Notes: a model not told the origin generated them from the letters alone. A stretch of 60,000 nucleotides of DNA from Lama guanicoe (GCA_013239625.1 MU053881.1:8765957-8825956); one strand, 5' to 3'; counted from the first letter of the stretch, positions 25,148 through 38,405 are shown. Translations and numbers: made by a program.

Positions 25148-28100
25148 AAACAGAAGATATTTGGAAAAGCAGAAATAAGAGGGCAGGTTAGGAGAGCGAG
25201 GAGGAGGCACGGATTCTGTCCGCTGTGTGAGAAGATGATTCAGGAAGGAGGGGAACTGACTACTGTTCTTTGCTAATAAGGACAGAATTAGATACAGTGT
25301 TACTGATGCTGCAAAAAGGATTACTTGGGTTTCATGCTATTTGGAAAGTATGTCTTACTGTGATCTGTAGGGGAGAGCGGTCACGGGAAAGATGCCAGAC
25401 GAGGCATCAGGAGACCAGGCTCCGCGAATAACCAGCCACGTGGATTTAGCCTCTCTGAGTCCCAGCGTCAGCTCTCGCCAAATGCTTGTAAAATGCCAAT
25501 TTCGTTTTCTGCTGAAGCATATGTTGGGGGCTGGCGGTGTGGTTCAAACGTAATAATTATATAAAAGTGCTTTAAAAGGAACAGCTTACAGTTCAAAGCA
25601 AGTGGAAGGCTCTAGCCAGTTACTGTACGTACGCTGTCAGGATAAAGCACGGTAGAGTTGGTGTAAAACAGGTGAGAAACTCTATGCTGGTTACGTTGAT
25701 TCAGAAACTGGGATCTAGAGAGATTGCTGGTGACGCAGGCGTAAGAGCACTTGAACTGCCCAGGGATGAAGGATGGCTTCCTGAGAAGGGAGCCAGCTCT
25801 CTCGTGTTTCACAGCCAGATTCTCCCAAACCAGTCTTCGCTAGGATCCATCTGGGCCGGGGGCTGAGTAATGCACTAAGTGGTCCCCAGTGGTTCAGGAA
25901 GCTGCTCGGAGTAACCCGTCTGCGGGTGTCTTGTATCCTGGGAGAATTTGGCATGGGGGAAGGGTTTGATGGGAGAATGTGTCGTGAAAGATCTCCGACC
26001 TCAGTTGTGTGGGCAGGACCTGGGGGACCTCTCCTGAGCTGGTAAAGGCTGACTTCTTCCATTTTGCCCGAGGGCTGGCGTTATGCTGATTTACACCCAC
26101 CCACCGGCTGGATCCAGGGACGAGCTTGCCAAGGGGCTGAACTATTCCAGATCGCTCATTTTGGACAAGCTTAAACGTGCAAGGAAGATTGTCTAGCCTG
26201 TTTGTCACCGTGCCTGGCAGGCCTGAACCCAGTGCCTGTGCATAAACGTCCCGGGGCCGGACGCTTCCATTTCAGGACCCGTTCTGCTCTAGTGGGACAC
26301 AGTCATGCAGGAGCCAGAGCGGGCTCAGGTCTTAAAATCTATGGTCTCCTTCACGGGAAGGCTTTGATTTTTATGTTGTCCTTCTGTCCTCCCCGATGGC
26401 GCAATCATACGATGCTCCTGACAGCACTTTGCTCTGTGTTTTCAATGCCCTGTTTATGTCCCTGCAGCTCTGTAATTAATAGTATACTGCTTTCCATTTT
26501 CAAAGCCATGTATACACATTAATTAATCCTCACCATACTTTGGACTTTCTGAACGTAAATAACTATCATAGTTCCGGGTTTTACTTAGGAAACCAAGACC
26601 CAGAGGGAAAACAACTTTGTCAAGGTTAAGGAGAAAGGGCTCGCGGGGGTCAAGGTCGACACTCCAGATCCTGACCCCTCACCATGTCTGCAGTCCCGTC
26701 ATCACCTCTGGAGGGCAGCCAATAGTAGCCCATAGCTCTACGTGTTGTGTGACCTGGCCCATTACATCACTCATTTTGAGTCATAAACTATTCTTCAATA
26801 CTCCAGGGTCGAAGCATAATCTTACCCAAAGCATACCTAATAGGAAATGATGGATTATAAGGGAATAAACCATCCTAAGATGCTCGGGTCCGGCTTCCAG
26901 TAGCCTCCAGACGGAGGATAAATATGTTTCCTAATCCATCATTTACAAGTTACACACCCGATTAAAACATTAGACTCTCGCTACACGGTTTCCCATTTAT
27001 ATGACTGCCCTACAGAAAGCTATTATATTTTAACTCTCAGGCTCGATAAATCAGGCGCTAGCCATCTATCTCTCTCCGGCAAGTGGGGTAGGCGGTCCAC
27101 CGGGGACGGTATTGGCAGAAGCAGGCAGTGCCTCAATTTCTATAGTTGGGCTCCCCAGGCTGCCCACCAGCCCCACAGAACAATAAGCCTGAGAAGTGAG
27201 CTCACGGACCTTTCCTGAAGTTTCTGACACAAAGCCAAATCACGCAAAGACCCTGGAGGCACATTCAATTTGCTTCCACTAAGTGTTGCCCTTCCCCCAC
27301 CCCTGACCCCAAACTGCTACCCGGGGAAGCACACAAAACTACCTTTAATGACAAAAAAGATGCCACTCAAGTGATTGAGGGTGCAGCTGATGTCCTTCCC
27401 CCTCCTTGAGTCAATCCATTACTCCATCCCTCATTAAGAGGTAAGTGAGAAGCAGATACAACTGTAAGTTAGGGGTGTGCAGGTATGGGACCTCAGCCCA
27501 CCTGCACAGCTGGGGTTTAGCGCACAAAGGGTTTTGCAAAGCCCCAGATCAACACGGTGCCTGTCCCTGGAGTGTCAATTTTCTCGCTTCTGGAGGCATT
27601 CCTGAGAGTTGCAACTGGGAAGGGACGTAAAAACTGATTCTTCTATATTAAGATGAGCAGGGTGACATTATGGGAGAGAGTGGAAACTTCACACCAGGTT
27701 TCGGCTTGTAGTGGTTTGCCTTGGGCAGGGCCCCAGGTCTCGGGGGGTGCACAGTCACCCTCCTCTGCCGTCAGGCAGGCAGGCTTGGGCGCAGTGGTCC
27801 AGGAAGTCCTGGACCAGTTCACTCTCTGGCAGGCGCCTTGCTGGCTGCCTGGGGGTGCAGGAACTGTGGGAGCCCTCATGTTGCAGGAGAAGGGAGGGCT
27901 CATCCTGGGAGAAGGGGCACAGCCAGGAGGATTAGGGCTGTTTTTCCCTCCTCTCCTCGTGTAAATGGGAAGCATTGCAGCGTCAGTGCTGAGGACTCAT
28001 TTCGAGTCGGTCCCATTTTGCTGGTGTTTTACAGGTCTGCTCGGCAACCTGGCTCAGCCAATCTGGGGAGGCCTGTCACAGGCCAAACGAAGCTGGAATC

Positions 28101-29065
28101 ATCAAGTATTTCAAATAAACTTTAACGAACGTCACCGTGGCCTGGCATGCACCGGGAGATCTGCCGTCGGCAAGTGCGCTCAGTTTACAAAGCAGCCGTG
28201 CCGGGCTCTCTGTCGAGGCCAGGGGCTGCGCGCGCAGGCTTTGTGCCCAGCCCAGGATGCTCGTGTGCCTGGAGCACCCTGCCCTTGAATTCCTGCCATC
28301 TGCCGCTTCCCACAGTTACAAGGCCACACCCGACAAATGCAAACCAACATCCCTGGCCCGTGAAGAAACATACTCCAGCGACTTCTAACCAAGCTGCCGC
28401 CCTGGGTCATACCCTGAGCTCCGCAGATCACAGCTGGTGTGGGAGGTGCACCTGATTCAGTTTCAGCAGTGCATGGTGAGATGAGCTTTGAGGCTCAAGG
28501 GGCAGAGGCGAAGGAGGGGATGTGGGCAAAATCCACTGCGCCTGCGTGACTCGATTCCCTACTGAGACCTGGCTGGATGTTCTAGCTTCTCTATCCTGTT
28601 TCTGTTCCCCAGTTCTAAAAATCAGCCAGCTACTTTGGCTTTCCTTCAAATCAAGACCTTCTAGGCATGCTGATCACAATACTTCTTCTATTCTGTATTT
28701 TTTTTTTTTTTTGGCTCAAGTTAACCAACATTGCCTGAATTTCAGGACACAAACCTGAGTTAAAATCCAACCTGGAAGAGACCAGAAGGCTATTTGAGGA
28801 GTGAGGGATGGGTTGGCAGGAACAACAATTTTCAGCTTATCTCTGAGAAAGAATACAGTCAGGATGCTTAATTTCGCTTCTGATGAATGTCATTTAGACT
28901 CGTGAAGGAGAAACTCATCAGATTTCAGCCGATTTCAGGAAGGAAAAAAAAAATCACTCCCATCCATCACTCATTTGTACGTCTTTTAGGAGCCAACCAG
29001 CCCACGGTCCAGACAACAGAGGCCCTCTCCGCTCACGAGTCTGCGAGCAGGCTGCCCCGACTTAC

Positions 29066-29304
29066 CTATGAAATATGCCAGCAGGATGGCCAAGAGGAGG
29101 GCCGCGGCGATGGCGGACAGGGCGGCGCATTTCCAGCTGCAGTACTTGGAGGGCTTCTTCAGCTTGAAGGCCTTCCTGGAGAAGGTATTCCGGGGGAGCA
29201 GGCGGGGGGGTGGCGTGTACACCGTCCCTGAGGTCAGAGGGTATCCCGGAGAGGAGCTGCTGAACAGGGGCGTGCTTCCCGAGGACGTCTTGAAGAGGAA
29301 GTGC
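29066..29304 (-). CDS. TENM2: TENM2 coding exon, end of intracellular domain plus transmembrane helix (239 nt, phase 2 to phase 1)
   Basis: Translation (R)[79 protein letters not shown], inside ORF 28986..29423. Acceptor CTGACTCTCTCCCTTCCCCTGGCAG|G (CTGAC branch point); donor ATAG|GTAAGT. CG from the upstream exon plus G gives the Arg codon, keeping the frame. Confidence 0.97.
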
Positions 29305-29589
29305 CTGCCAGGGGAAGGGAGAGAGTCAGGGTCCACGCGCTGGCCATCAGGGACCATCCAGATGCCCCCTCCCCTCCATGGCACTAGCATAGTCCTAAGT
29401 AACTGCCCCACCCTGTCGTGCACGGAGGGGCGAACGTTACATCCGATGGGACGTAAACTAACTCTGTAAACTCACGTCATGTCATGCTTTCACGGATACC
29501 TCTGGATTTTCTCCTCCACAACAATCCTGCCAAGTATTCAAAGCCAGCATGGAAACTGAGTTACTGCTGGTCACTCAGAGATGATGACA

Positions 29590-29805
29590 ATGATGATGGT
29601 GAAGACGACGCTGGGCTCTATCACGTGCTAGAACCCATGATTTAAAGGCACTTGAAATATACTGTATAACGCCGTGCAAGTGAAGTTTCATCGTATCCCC
29701 ACTGAAGACATGAGAAATCGGGCTTGGAAGAGTCAAGCCACTGCTCAAGAATTTCAGCCCCAAGCTCTGTCTTATGCTGAAGTCTGTGGTCTGAAACGTT
29801 CCCCT
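29590..29805 (-). mobile_element. MIR SINE (degenerate)
   Basis: atccccactgaagacatgagaaatcgggcttggaagagtcaagccactgctcaag resembles the reverse MIR core. Confidence 0.5.
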
Positions 29806-30409
29806 AAACTATCTCTCTTGAGCCTTTTTCTCTGAGCTGTTTTCCCCCTTTCATCTTGCTTCCTGTTCTAAGATGCCTCTCCAGGTCATGTGATTGTGGT
29901 TCTTTCTTTGGAAACGCCTTTGCCTGTCAGCTGAACAGGGTGCCCTTGGTCAAGAACTGTGGTGTGGCAACAGGGTAATCTCTACTGTTGACCCCTAATT
30001 CAGTCCTTCCTCCGGGGTCAGGGGACTGTCACGCTAAGGATACTTCGAGGACCATCAGTTCTCCCACAACAGACCTTCTCCCTCTTATGCCTGCCATTTT
30101 TGAGACTTCAAAGGTGCTTTGCCACACCTTGTTCAAAATGATGTCTTGCCTTCCAGTGAATACACAGTGGATTCCAAAGTACGGGTTCAGTGGATTCCAG
30201 CATCTGAGCAGCTGGAGGCTGGGGACTGTGCCTTATCTGGTACCTTGTTCATCTTTCTGGTCCCAGCTCAGCATGTTGGGGTGATGGGAATGAATGACTG
30301 GAGTTCCCTCACTGATTTGTGAATTTCTCACCTCCAATTCTGAGATTTTAAAATGTTACACCGCTACTTCATTTCTCTTCAAGTGTTCAGGAGGTGCGGC
30401 TGTATTTAT

Positions 30410-30610
30410 GGGCCACATACAATGTGTCAGTTATAATGCTCAAGGTTTTACTTGCAACTAAATCTCACATTCATCCTATGAAGTGAGTACTTTATTACCT
30501 CAGTTTTTCAAGTGAGAAAACTGAAGCTCAGAGCTAATATGCGGGTTCTCTGGGGCTTATGCTCCAGGCTGCCTGCCTGTAAAAGCTCTATCTGGACCTC
30601 CTCTGTACCA
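30410..30610 (-). mobile_element. MIR SINE
   Basis: atcctatgaagtgagtactttattacctcagtttttcaagtgagaaaactgaagctcagag. Confidence 0.7.
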
Positions 30611-31004
30611 CACCGCCCCTGCACACGGGGGTGAGCAGGCTTTCCCAGTGGGATCCTGAGACATCACTGTGGCTACAAATATTTGTGCTTTGGCTGCTTC
30701 CAGATAAAACTTTGAAAGTATTTTAATCCTCAACAGAGATCAAAGGGGCCTGATATGACTGTCAGAGAATCATGTCAGAAAAGGAGGATCTGATTAGTGA
30801 ATTATTTAACAGGGCTAACATCAAAATAAACAACTGGTACTTAAACTTTATTGGTACTATAAGTATCTTTGATGATCTGAATATAGCCAAGAGGTTTGAT
30901 TCTATAAATAAGGTTTGTCTTCCTCGTCCAATAGATCTCTTTGAATGCTCCAGATAAAAAGAGGCTTTTGGAAGAGGAGGCAGCAGGCTCGTGTTTAAAG
31001 GCAA

Positions 31005-31240
31005 TGTTTTGGGGCAAGAGTCATCTGGATCGGAGTCCTGGCAGTGCCATTCCGGAACAAGGAAGCTCATGTCAGTTACCCGATGCTGCTTTTCAGAGCC
31101 TCCATGTCCTCATCTGTAAAATGGGAATAATAATAGCACAGGTGCCTCATACCCTAGAACAGGCTGTTGTGAGGATTACATGTCACCCTCGTGTAGGAGA
31201 AACACTCAACCAAGGGTGTGTTTCACGGTAAGTGCTCAAT
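31005..31240 (+). mobile_element. MIR SINE
   Basis: gagcctccatgtcctcatctgtaaaatgggaataataatagcac...gttgtgaggatta...gtaagtgctcaat. Confidence 0.8.
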
Positions 31241-32334
31241 GCCTTCTGGAGAGCTTTTGTTCTTAATTCCTTAGAGAACATAAGGAGCCTGAAACATGAG
31301 TTTTAATTTAAAGCTCCAGAAATGTCGAGCAGACACCTGAAGAGTTCGCCAAATCACAAAGTAATAGTCCACTGTCTTATGATTAAGTGAGAACATATGT
31401 CCAACCAGAAAGCCAAGACGATGGAAAAACCCTGGGATTTGATTTAGAATTTAGAATTACTTCAAGTTTACCTCTCAAACGATTCTCCAAGAGTGGGTAG
31501 TGAAAACAGGAAATCAAATTTAAACAAAGGAATATACAGACACCGTAAGCTGTCATTAATGAGTATTTACAAATATACTAACACCAGTGTCACCCCAACA
31601 GAGAGCTCACCGGTTCCCATGGCTTCAGCCATCATGGGTGGGATGGAGCACCCCCACCCTGCCATCTCCATTTCTAGCCCCACGTCCTGAGACCCACATT
31701 CCAACTGTGTACCAGGCATCTCTTCTGCCACACTCCACAGCTCTCCTGAGCAAGTTACAGAGTCTTCCTTCCCCTCCCCGGTTGTACTCCTCCTGACCTC
31801 GTGTTACTCTGCATTGTCTAGGACCAATCTTCACCTCCTCCTTTCCCTCCTCTTCTCGCCTGCAGTGGGGTGAAGACCCCAGCCGTCCGATTTCTCCCAC
31901 AGCCCTCTCCTCCATCCCTCTGCCACTCTTCTTCCCAAACCACAAACTCCATCATGCCTTGATCTGTAACTCCCCATGGATTCTCCGGTACCTATGAGAG
32001 GAAACCCAGCTCTCAATAGGGGACCATACTCTTTGCAGCCACTCCCCGAGTTTTTTTAATCCTCGTCTCCAACCTTGTGCTTGAAACTCTACGCTTCACC
32101 CAGAAGACGCAGCTTCCCTTCACCAGCCCGTTCACGCCCCTGTGCCTTTGTGGATGATGTGTGATGCTCTCCGGAGTGGCTTTTCCTGGTCTTGCCCACC
32201 CAACCCGTCCCAGCCAACAGGAGCTACTCAGCTCCCAACACCTGCCCGGGAAACCTCTAACATCCCCTCCCCATCGCCACCCCATCACTCTGTGCGCTAA
32301 AGGAGCTATGGATGCATTTGTTTATGTCTTTATA

Positions 32335-32490
32335 GTTGATATATATAAATATTATATATTATAAATGTTAATATATAAATACTGTTTACTTATTATTTAT
32401 TATTATTTGTTGTATATATACCAATACTATTTATATATAAATAACATATAATATATTATATATTATCTTATATAAATATGTTTAATGTAT
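32335..32490. repeat. AT-rich low-complexity (TA)-type tract
   Basis: About 150 nt made almost entirely of A/T (atatataaatattatatattataaatg...). Confidence 0.85.
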
Positions 32491-32939
32491 CTGTCCCAAA
32501 CCAAATTGTAAAGTCATTTACACTTAATACACTTCTTTTGGGTTATAAAACCTTTAACGTTAACCTACAATACAGTGTAAACATTTATGGAAAAAAAGTA
32601 AAGTATATGAGTTTTCTTGGTATTTCCAGCATCTAAACATCGGTGCCTCCACGTCAGTCATATCCGTGGACAGAATCAACAAAACTGGAAGCAGGAACGT
32701 TTCAGCAACATGAGACAAGTCACAAGATGAAGAATAAGAAGTTTAAACTGACTTTAGTTATTTTTAATACACTCGTTTATAAGAAATGTTATAAGAATAT
32801 GATTATTATTTCTAATGTATGGGGTTGCTTCCTGAGATCCTAAAATTGTTCCCTTGACAATCTAGTTTCTTGTTCACACTTCCTTCTGAAAAGGAAGTCA
32901 GATTATCACATGTCATCACCACCCCCTTATCCCTGAAAC

Positions 32940-33032
32940 AAGGAAAGAAAGAAAGAAAGAGGGAGAGAGAGAGAGGGAGGGAGAAAGGAAGGAAGAAAGA
33001 AAGAGGAAGGAGGGAAGGAAGGAAGGAAGGGA
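32940..33032 (+). repeat. 93-nt uninterrupted polypurine tract, (GAAA)/(GA)/(GGAA) mix
   Basis: No C or T between 32940 and 33032. Confidence 0.95.
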
Positions 33033-33039
33033 CTTCCAA

Positions 33040-33522
33040 TAACATTTGGAATAAAATCAGAAGTCCCTCCCACAGCTGGCAGTGTCTTGCATGATCTGCC
33101 CTCTGTCTGTCTCCAGCTGTATCTTCCACCACTTTATATCCCCTCACTCCATGAGTTACACTATCCTTCTGCTAGTCCGCATCACACCACATCCAACACA
33201 TTCCTGCCTCAGGGCCTTTGCACCTGCTGTTCCCTCTGCCTAGAAATCATTCAACATTCTGCTCCAGTGTCACTTTCTCAGAGAGATCTTTCTTGCTCCC
33301 CTTCTGTCTCTGTCATTTTCTATCTTGCTATAACCACTTTATTTTTCTTCAGAGTATATGTATTTGTGCATTATTTACTGCCTGTCTCCATCATTAGAAC
33401 TGAATTCCATCAGGTTCAAAATCATTAGGTATTTGTCTGTTGCGTTCATCTCCATACCCTAACACCCAGAATAGAGCCTGGCACTGAAAGGGCATTCAAG
33501 ACATCTTTGTTGAGTGAATGAC
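33040..33522 (+). mobile_element. L2 LINE 3' part
   Basis: ttcctgcctcagggcctttgcacctgctgttccctctgcctagaa...agagcctggcactga...tttgttgagtgaatga. Confidence 0.85.
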
Positions 33523-34009
33523 CTACAACCTTTCCAAGGCCAAAATCATGAACGCTAAAAGGACGACACTGTGAGCACTTTAAATATTAAAATTAGGATT
33601 TCTTCTGCCATGATTTCCAATCTTGCTTTCCAATCAGGGTTACAAGTTTGCATAGTTCATACAGTAAAGTGTCTATATTCATACATACAAGGGCAGATTC
33701 TGCCACAGGGAAAAAAAAACACACACACAACAACCCTGTTTACTTCTCAGCACTGCATTAACCTTTCCAGGCTATTTTTCTCAGGCTGCTCATTGGTACT
33801 ATGGTGACTGTATCATCACTGCTAAATGAAACTCATTCAGTTATCACATCCCTTCTTTCTAGTTTCTGTTACTTAAAATTATTAAACCAGAGTACCAAAA
33901 ACATGTGGACTCCTCACACAATATAGTCACACCCTGGTGTCACACATCTGTAGAAGATTAAATTCAACAAATAAGAAAGATTCAAAAGAAGTGACCTTCA
34001 GATTCTGTC

Positions 34010-34665
34010 CCATCAATACCTGCTTTAGGATCACTTGAAGGCTCTGTCAGAAAAGCACAAGTTGTGCTATATTTATACATTGGAAAACTACTCAGCCGTA
34101 AAAAATAATAAAATAATGCCATTTGCAGCAAGATGGATAGACCTGGAGATTGTCATTCTAAGTGAAGCCAGCCAGGAAGAGAAAGAAAAATACCATATGA
34201 TATCACGCATATGTGGAATCTTAAAAAAAAAAAAGACACAGATGAACTTATTTACAAAACAGAAACAGACTTAGACATAGAAAACAAACTATGGTTACCG
34301 GGGGAAAGGGGGTGGGAAGGGATATATGGGGAGCTCGAGATTTGCAGATACTAACTGCTATATATAAAATGGATACACAACAAGTTTCTTCTGTCTAGCA
34401 CAGGGAATTACATTCAATATTTTGTAGTAACCTATAATGAAGAATATGAAAATGAATATATATATATGCATGTGTGACTGAAACATCATGCTGTACACCA
34501 GAAACTGACACAACATTGTAAACTGACTGTACTTCAATTAAAAAAGAAAGAAAAAAAGCACAAATTCCTGGGCTGCATCCAGACCTAGGCCCGGAATCTG
34601 GGAATGATTGGTTAAGAAGCTCCCCCAAGTGATTCTAACATGTGTGAAAGTTTAAGAACCTCTAC
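34010..34665. mobile_element. MER5A-like DNA transposon split by an L1 insertion
   Basis: Left piece ggatcacttgaaggctctgtcagaaaagcaca; right piece aattcctgggctgcatccagacct...aagctcccccaagtgattctaac...aaagtttaagaacctct. Confidence 0.6.
34064..34553 (+). mobile_element. 5'-truncated L1 (ORF2 end and 3' UTR) with TSD
   Basis: ORF 34035..34274 contains YIYTLENYSAVKNNKIMPFAARWIDLEIVILSEASQ, the L1 ORF2 C-terminus; A-tail; near-TSD aaaagcacaagtt (34051-34063) and aaaagcacaaatt (34554-34566). Confidence 0.92.
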
Positions 34666-37319
34666 CTGAACCATTTTTGCACCTTTCAAATGGGTCTGAC
34701 TTACTCAGAACCCACTAGATGGTTAGTAGATACATTGCTTAGAAACGCAAGTTTTGGATGATGATGCTTTCGAGGATAAAGTGTCATGAAGTCCACAATT
34801 TATTTTTAAGTGACTCAGCAGAAAGGTCTTGCTATACAGATATTTACGGCAAATGTGGCAAAGTGACAGCAATTGCTGAAACTAGGTGGTTATTCTTAAG
34901 TTGAACTGTTCTTCTAAATTTCTGAGTGTTGGAAAATTTTCATAAGAACAAGTTGGAAAAAGGCAAGCTCTGATTCACCCAAGGATCATGGCCACATGCA
35001 GCAGGAAAAAAGATAAAATGAAGCAAGGCCGCAAGGTTATGGTCTGGCCAGATGGTCAATGAGAGGACCTGGAAGGCTGAGGGAACTTCTCTGGATTTGT
35101 CCCGCACTGGCTCCTAAGACAGCGTCCCCGATCGGGGGCCCGCTCAGTGCGCTCCGATGATTATCTGTGATGCCCCCACTGAACTTCTTCCCAGCGGTCG
35201 GTCATGGAAGTAGCTCGAGTTCAGGACTCCGGGCGTCAGCAGAAATGTGTAGTTTCCAAACGCACTTGACATTTTTCAAGCACAACTCAACTGCTCTCAG
35301 AATTGGCCACTTGTGCCTCGGAAAGGAAAGGCAAATGAGGGGCCCCGAAAGTGCTGTCCTTGGACTTTGCTAACACTCAGAGGGAAAGAGAAAACCAGTC
35401 TTTGAATTCGTACAAAAAATAAGAGCTTGCAGAAGTGGGTCATCAAAGCTTCAGTCCCAGCACCCAGCATTCTGCCCAGCACAGGTTAGGGGCTCCGAGG
35501 CTGGCTGTCGAATTCAGCAGCAAACCTAAGGGTGGTCCCTCTCTCTCCTCCGTTCTGTACCTGAGGTCCCAGTGAGTTCTTAGAATAAGGTGATCATCAC
35601 TTCACCCTAAACTATTCATCTTTTTAGTACATGTCACCACTTCCCCTCTTGTGAAAATGAAACCGTTTAATAAAAACGGTGAGAGAGAGAGAGAAAACAC
35701 GCGAAACTAACAGCCATTCCTCCATGCACTTGATGTGAAGGCAAAGGCATGCATTTGAGGCAGAATCTTGGCAAAACAGGCTCTTGCTTCAGGTTGGCTT
35801 ATAAAATTAAGAGCACACATTAAACAACCATGGAAGATTTTTAAAAAGAAGTTTCACAAACAGGAAACCCAGGCATAGCATCCAGGCAAGAAGGACCCCA
35901 TCAATTCAAAAGACTGTGAATTTTTATTTTCTTCTTGTGATACAGAAGGAGCTTGACTCATCAGGACTGGAAGCTTTGAGAACCAGTGGCTGGTTCAACT
36001 ACTCGAGGCTCCAACCAAAGATTTCTCTTCCTTTTCTCCGAGTCAATTGTGAATAAACTGACTCATTAACCTCAAAACCTACCGAAGAAAGACACAAATG
36101 TGGAAAAATCCCTGAACACCAAGTACTCTTTTTTTTTTTCACCTTGCAACCACTGAGATCCTAAGAGGTGGTCCCCCTATCTTCTATTGGTTTAGCTTTA
36201 TTCCCAGGGGAGACCCCAGCAGGGCTTCGAAAAAGAAATGGACAATGCAAACAACTGTACTGCCTCAGCTTCAGAGGTGGAGTTTTTTGTTTCTTTCCTT
36301 TCCATCTGGATCTGGATCTCCCAACACAGGGCACCACGCCGCTAATCAGGACGACGAGTGACTCTAACAGTGCAGACGCCGTCTTTGCTCACGAAGTCAA
36401 CTGCAGCAAATGTTCTCCTTGAAGCCGAGTGAACGTCTTGAATGGTCTCCAGGTAGCCCCGTGTGCAAAAAAGCAGCTCCGGTTATCAGGGAAAACAGGT
36501 GCTGAGTGTTGTTCTACCGAGAAAATTGACCTCCCCGGAAAATAAACTCACAGGTACTCAGAGTAGCGGATGAAAACACTGATACACAGTCCATTAAGCC
36601 CTAACAGATTTTTAATATCATACTAGCAGTTGCTGAAATTTGATAAAAAGGATAGAGGCAGAAGTGCACCCGGAGCGGGGGGCGTGGCGATCAGTGAGGG
36701 GGATCAGGTGTGCACGAGAAAACGCAAGATTCCATCACATTTCACTGGCGCTGGCCGTGCCCTTTGAAGCGCCGGGTTTATTGTCTCCGAAGGAGTAAGT
36801 TTAATAAAGAGGCAGCCCATAAAGGGTACTGTAGCATGTAAAGTTACTGTAATTAGGTTTTCAGGAGTTATAATAAAACATTTAGCTGGAGAGAGGTTAA
36901 ATCACCACCACGCTCTCTGGCATCACCATTGTGCGCTCCAGTCCCAGAAGGAATGACGGGGGTGGAGGGGAAACTCAAAGCGGGGGTGGGGGTGCTCCTG
37001 AGAGAGACGAAGAGAGACGCGTAGGGCATGGAGTGAAAGAGAGAAGCTTCCAGGATGAGATGGAAAAAGCAGGAGATAATGAGAAAGATGCTGGATATTG
37101 CACTGTTCAGCCACTTTCTGAATACCCAAACTAGGCAATCTTAAGTGCTCTGCCTTTATTTTCCTGCTTGCAAATGTAAGATGTTCAAAAGAAAAAAATT
37201 AAGTATATGAGTTAAAAAAAAAAAAAGAAGTCAGAAGTCTCCTTTACTTTGAGCGATAGACTGGTAAATGCTTGATGTTCAGACTCAGACTTTTCCCTAC
37301 ATATACACATTCTTTTATT

Positions 37320-37513
37320 GTTTATTATTATTATTTAAAGTCTTTTTTTTTGCTTGTTTGTTTTTTAAAATTTTTTGGGGGGAGGGTGAGGTTATTAGGT
37401 CTATTTAATTATTTATTATTAGTTTTTCTTTTTTTGATGAAGGTACTGGGGATAGAGCCCAAGACCTCGTGTGTGCCAAGCATGTGCTCTACCGTTTGAG
37501 CTGTACCCTCCCC
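37320..37513 (-). mobile_element. tRNA-Ala-derived camelid-type SINE (vic-1-like) with TSD
   Basis: Minus strand gggagggtacagctcaaacggtagagcacatgcttggcacacacgaggtcttgggctctatccccagtacct, then A-rich middle, acctaataacctc and A-rich tail; TSD cattcttttatt at 37308-37319 and 37514-37525. Confidence 0.87.
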
Positions 37514-38405
37514 CATTCTTTTATTATTATCAACTTCTGTCTTGAAGCCAATCGCACGATGCCAAGGAGGCAGAATTGAGCCTACAGATTCAGAACTTGG
37601 GCCACCAGGGTTTGGATCCTGGTATTGGGCAAGCAGACTCTCTTGTCAACTGAAGGATCACTAGTACCAACTCTGTGAATTTGTTTGGGGGACTGGGTGA
37701 GTTTATTCATGGGAAAGCCTTAACACTGAGCGTGATGTGATCAATAAATGTAGCTTTTAATTGCATGAAGGTGTGAAGGCAGGAATCATGTATATCTTAC
37801 CCTTGACTAGATCCCAGCTCATTTAAAATATCTGTTGAATGAATGAGTTGTTCTAATTAGCACAGCGACAAGGGCATTGCCAGCTACCCCACCTCTGAAA
37901 AATAGTTTTATTCGGGAGGGAAGGGATGGAGGACTTAACTAACGTGCTTTATATCTTCTTCCAACTGGGACTTTCTGCTTGTGTTGAAAAGTGAAATGTT
38001 GCTTTAAAAATAAAACTTTCAAAATGTGTTTTTTTTTTTTAAAACTGTACTTCCCAAGTTTGAAGAAGCAGCCAATAACCCAATTAGTATAATTAAAAGC
38101 CTATTTCATGATTCCCTCAGCTTAGACTCAAACCAATTTTGATTCAATGAGAAATAAGCTTTCAAGGTTTCTGATCCCTGAACCTTCTAGATCACGGGGG
38201 ACCGTCACTGCATTTGCATATGCCATGAACAACAGGAAAATCCTCTATTTTACCCTCTTCAAAAATTTGCAGTCATACCAAAAATACTCACAGCTGGAAT
38301 AATTAGCAACTCAATTTATTGCCTTCCGTTTTCTAAATAGAAGCTTGATATTTAAACAGCGTCACACTGTGATACAACATAGCATTTTTCACAGTAAAAC
38401 TTCTG

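Noticed and set aside
27795..27816. Perfect 10-bp inverted repeat TGGTCCAGGA-AG-TCCTGGACCA
   Set aside because: A single hairpin of this size is not surprising in 60 kb across possible spacer lengths; too short for a pre-miRNA.
1..29065. Next TENM2 exon (expected to begin AMHLLGLNWQLQ) or a nested gene
   Set aside because: I found no matching sequence; the remaining short ORFs lack recognisable domains and many overlap repeats. A small nested ncRNA or micro-exon cannot be excluded by eye.
28887..29469. Plus-strand ORFs of 114 and 133 aa over the TM exon
   Set aside because: Antisense shadows of a GC-rich coding exon; no recognisable protein.
34035..34274. 79-aa ORF similar to the L1 ORF2 C-terminus
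   Set aside because: Remnant of a 5'-truncated L1, not an independent gene.
37440..37513. tRNA-Ala-like sequence (also about 12050-12123)
   Set aside because: These are SINE heads: degenerate promoter boxes and stems, attached SINE body, A-rich tail and TSDs.
11988..37513. SINE pair flanking the TM exon as a driver of circularisation
   Set aside because: Both copies are in the same orientation, so they cannot pair as inverted repeats.
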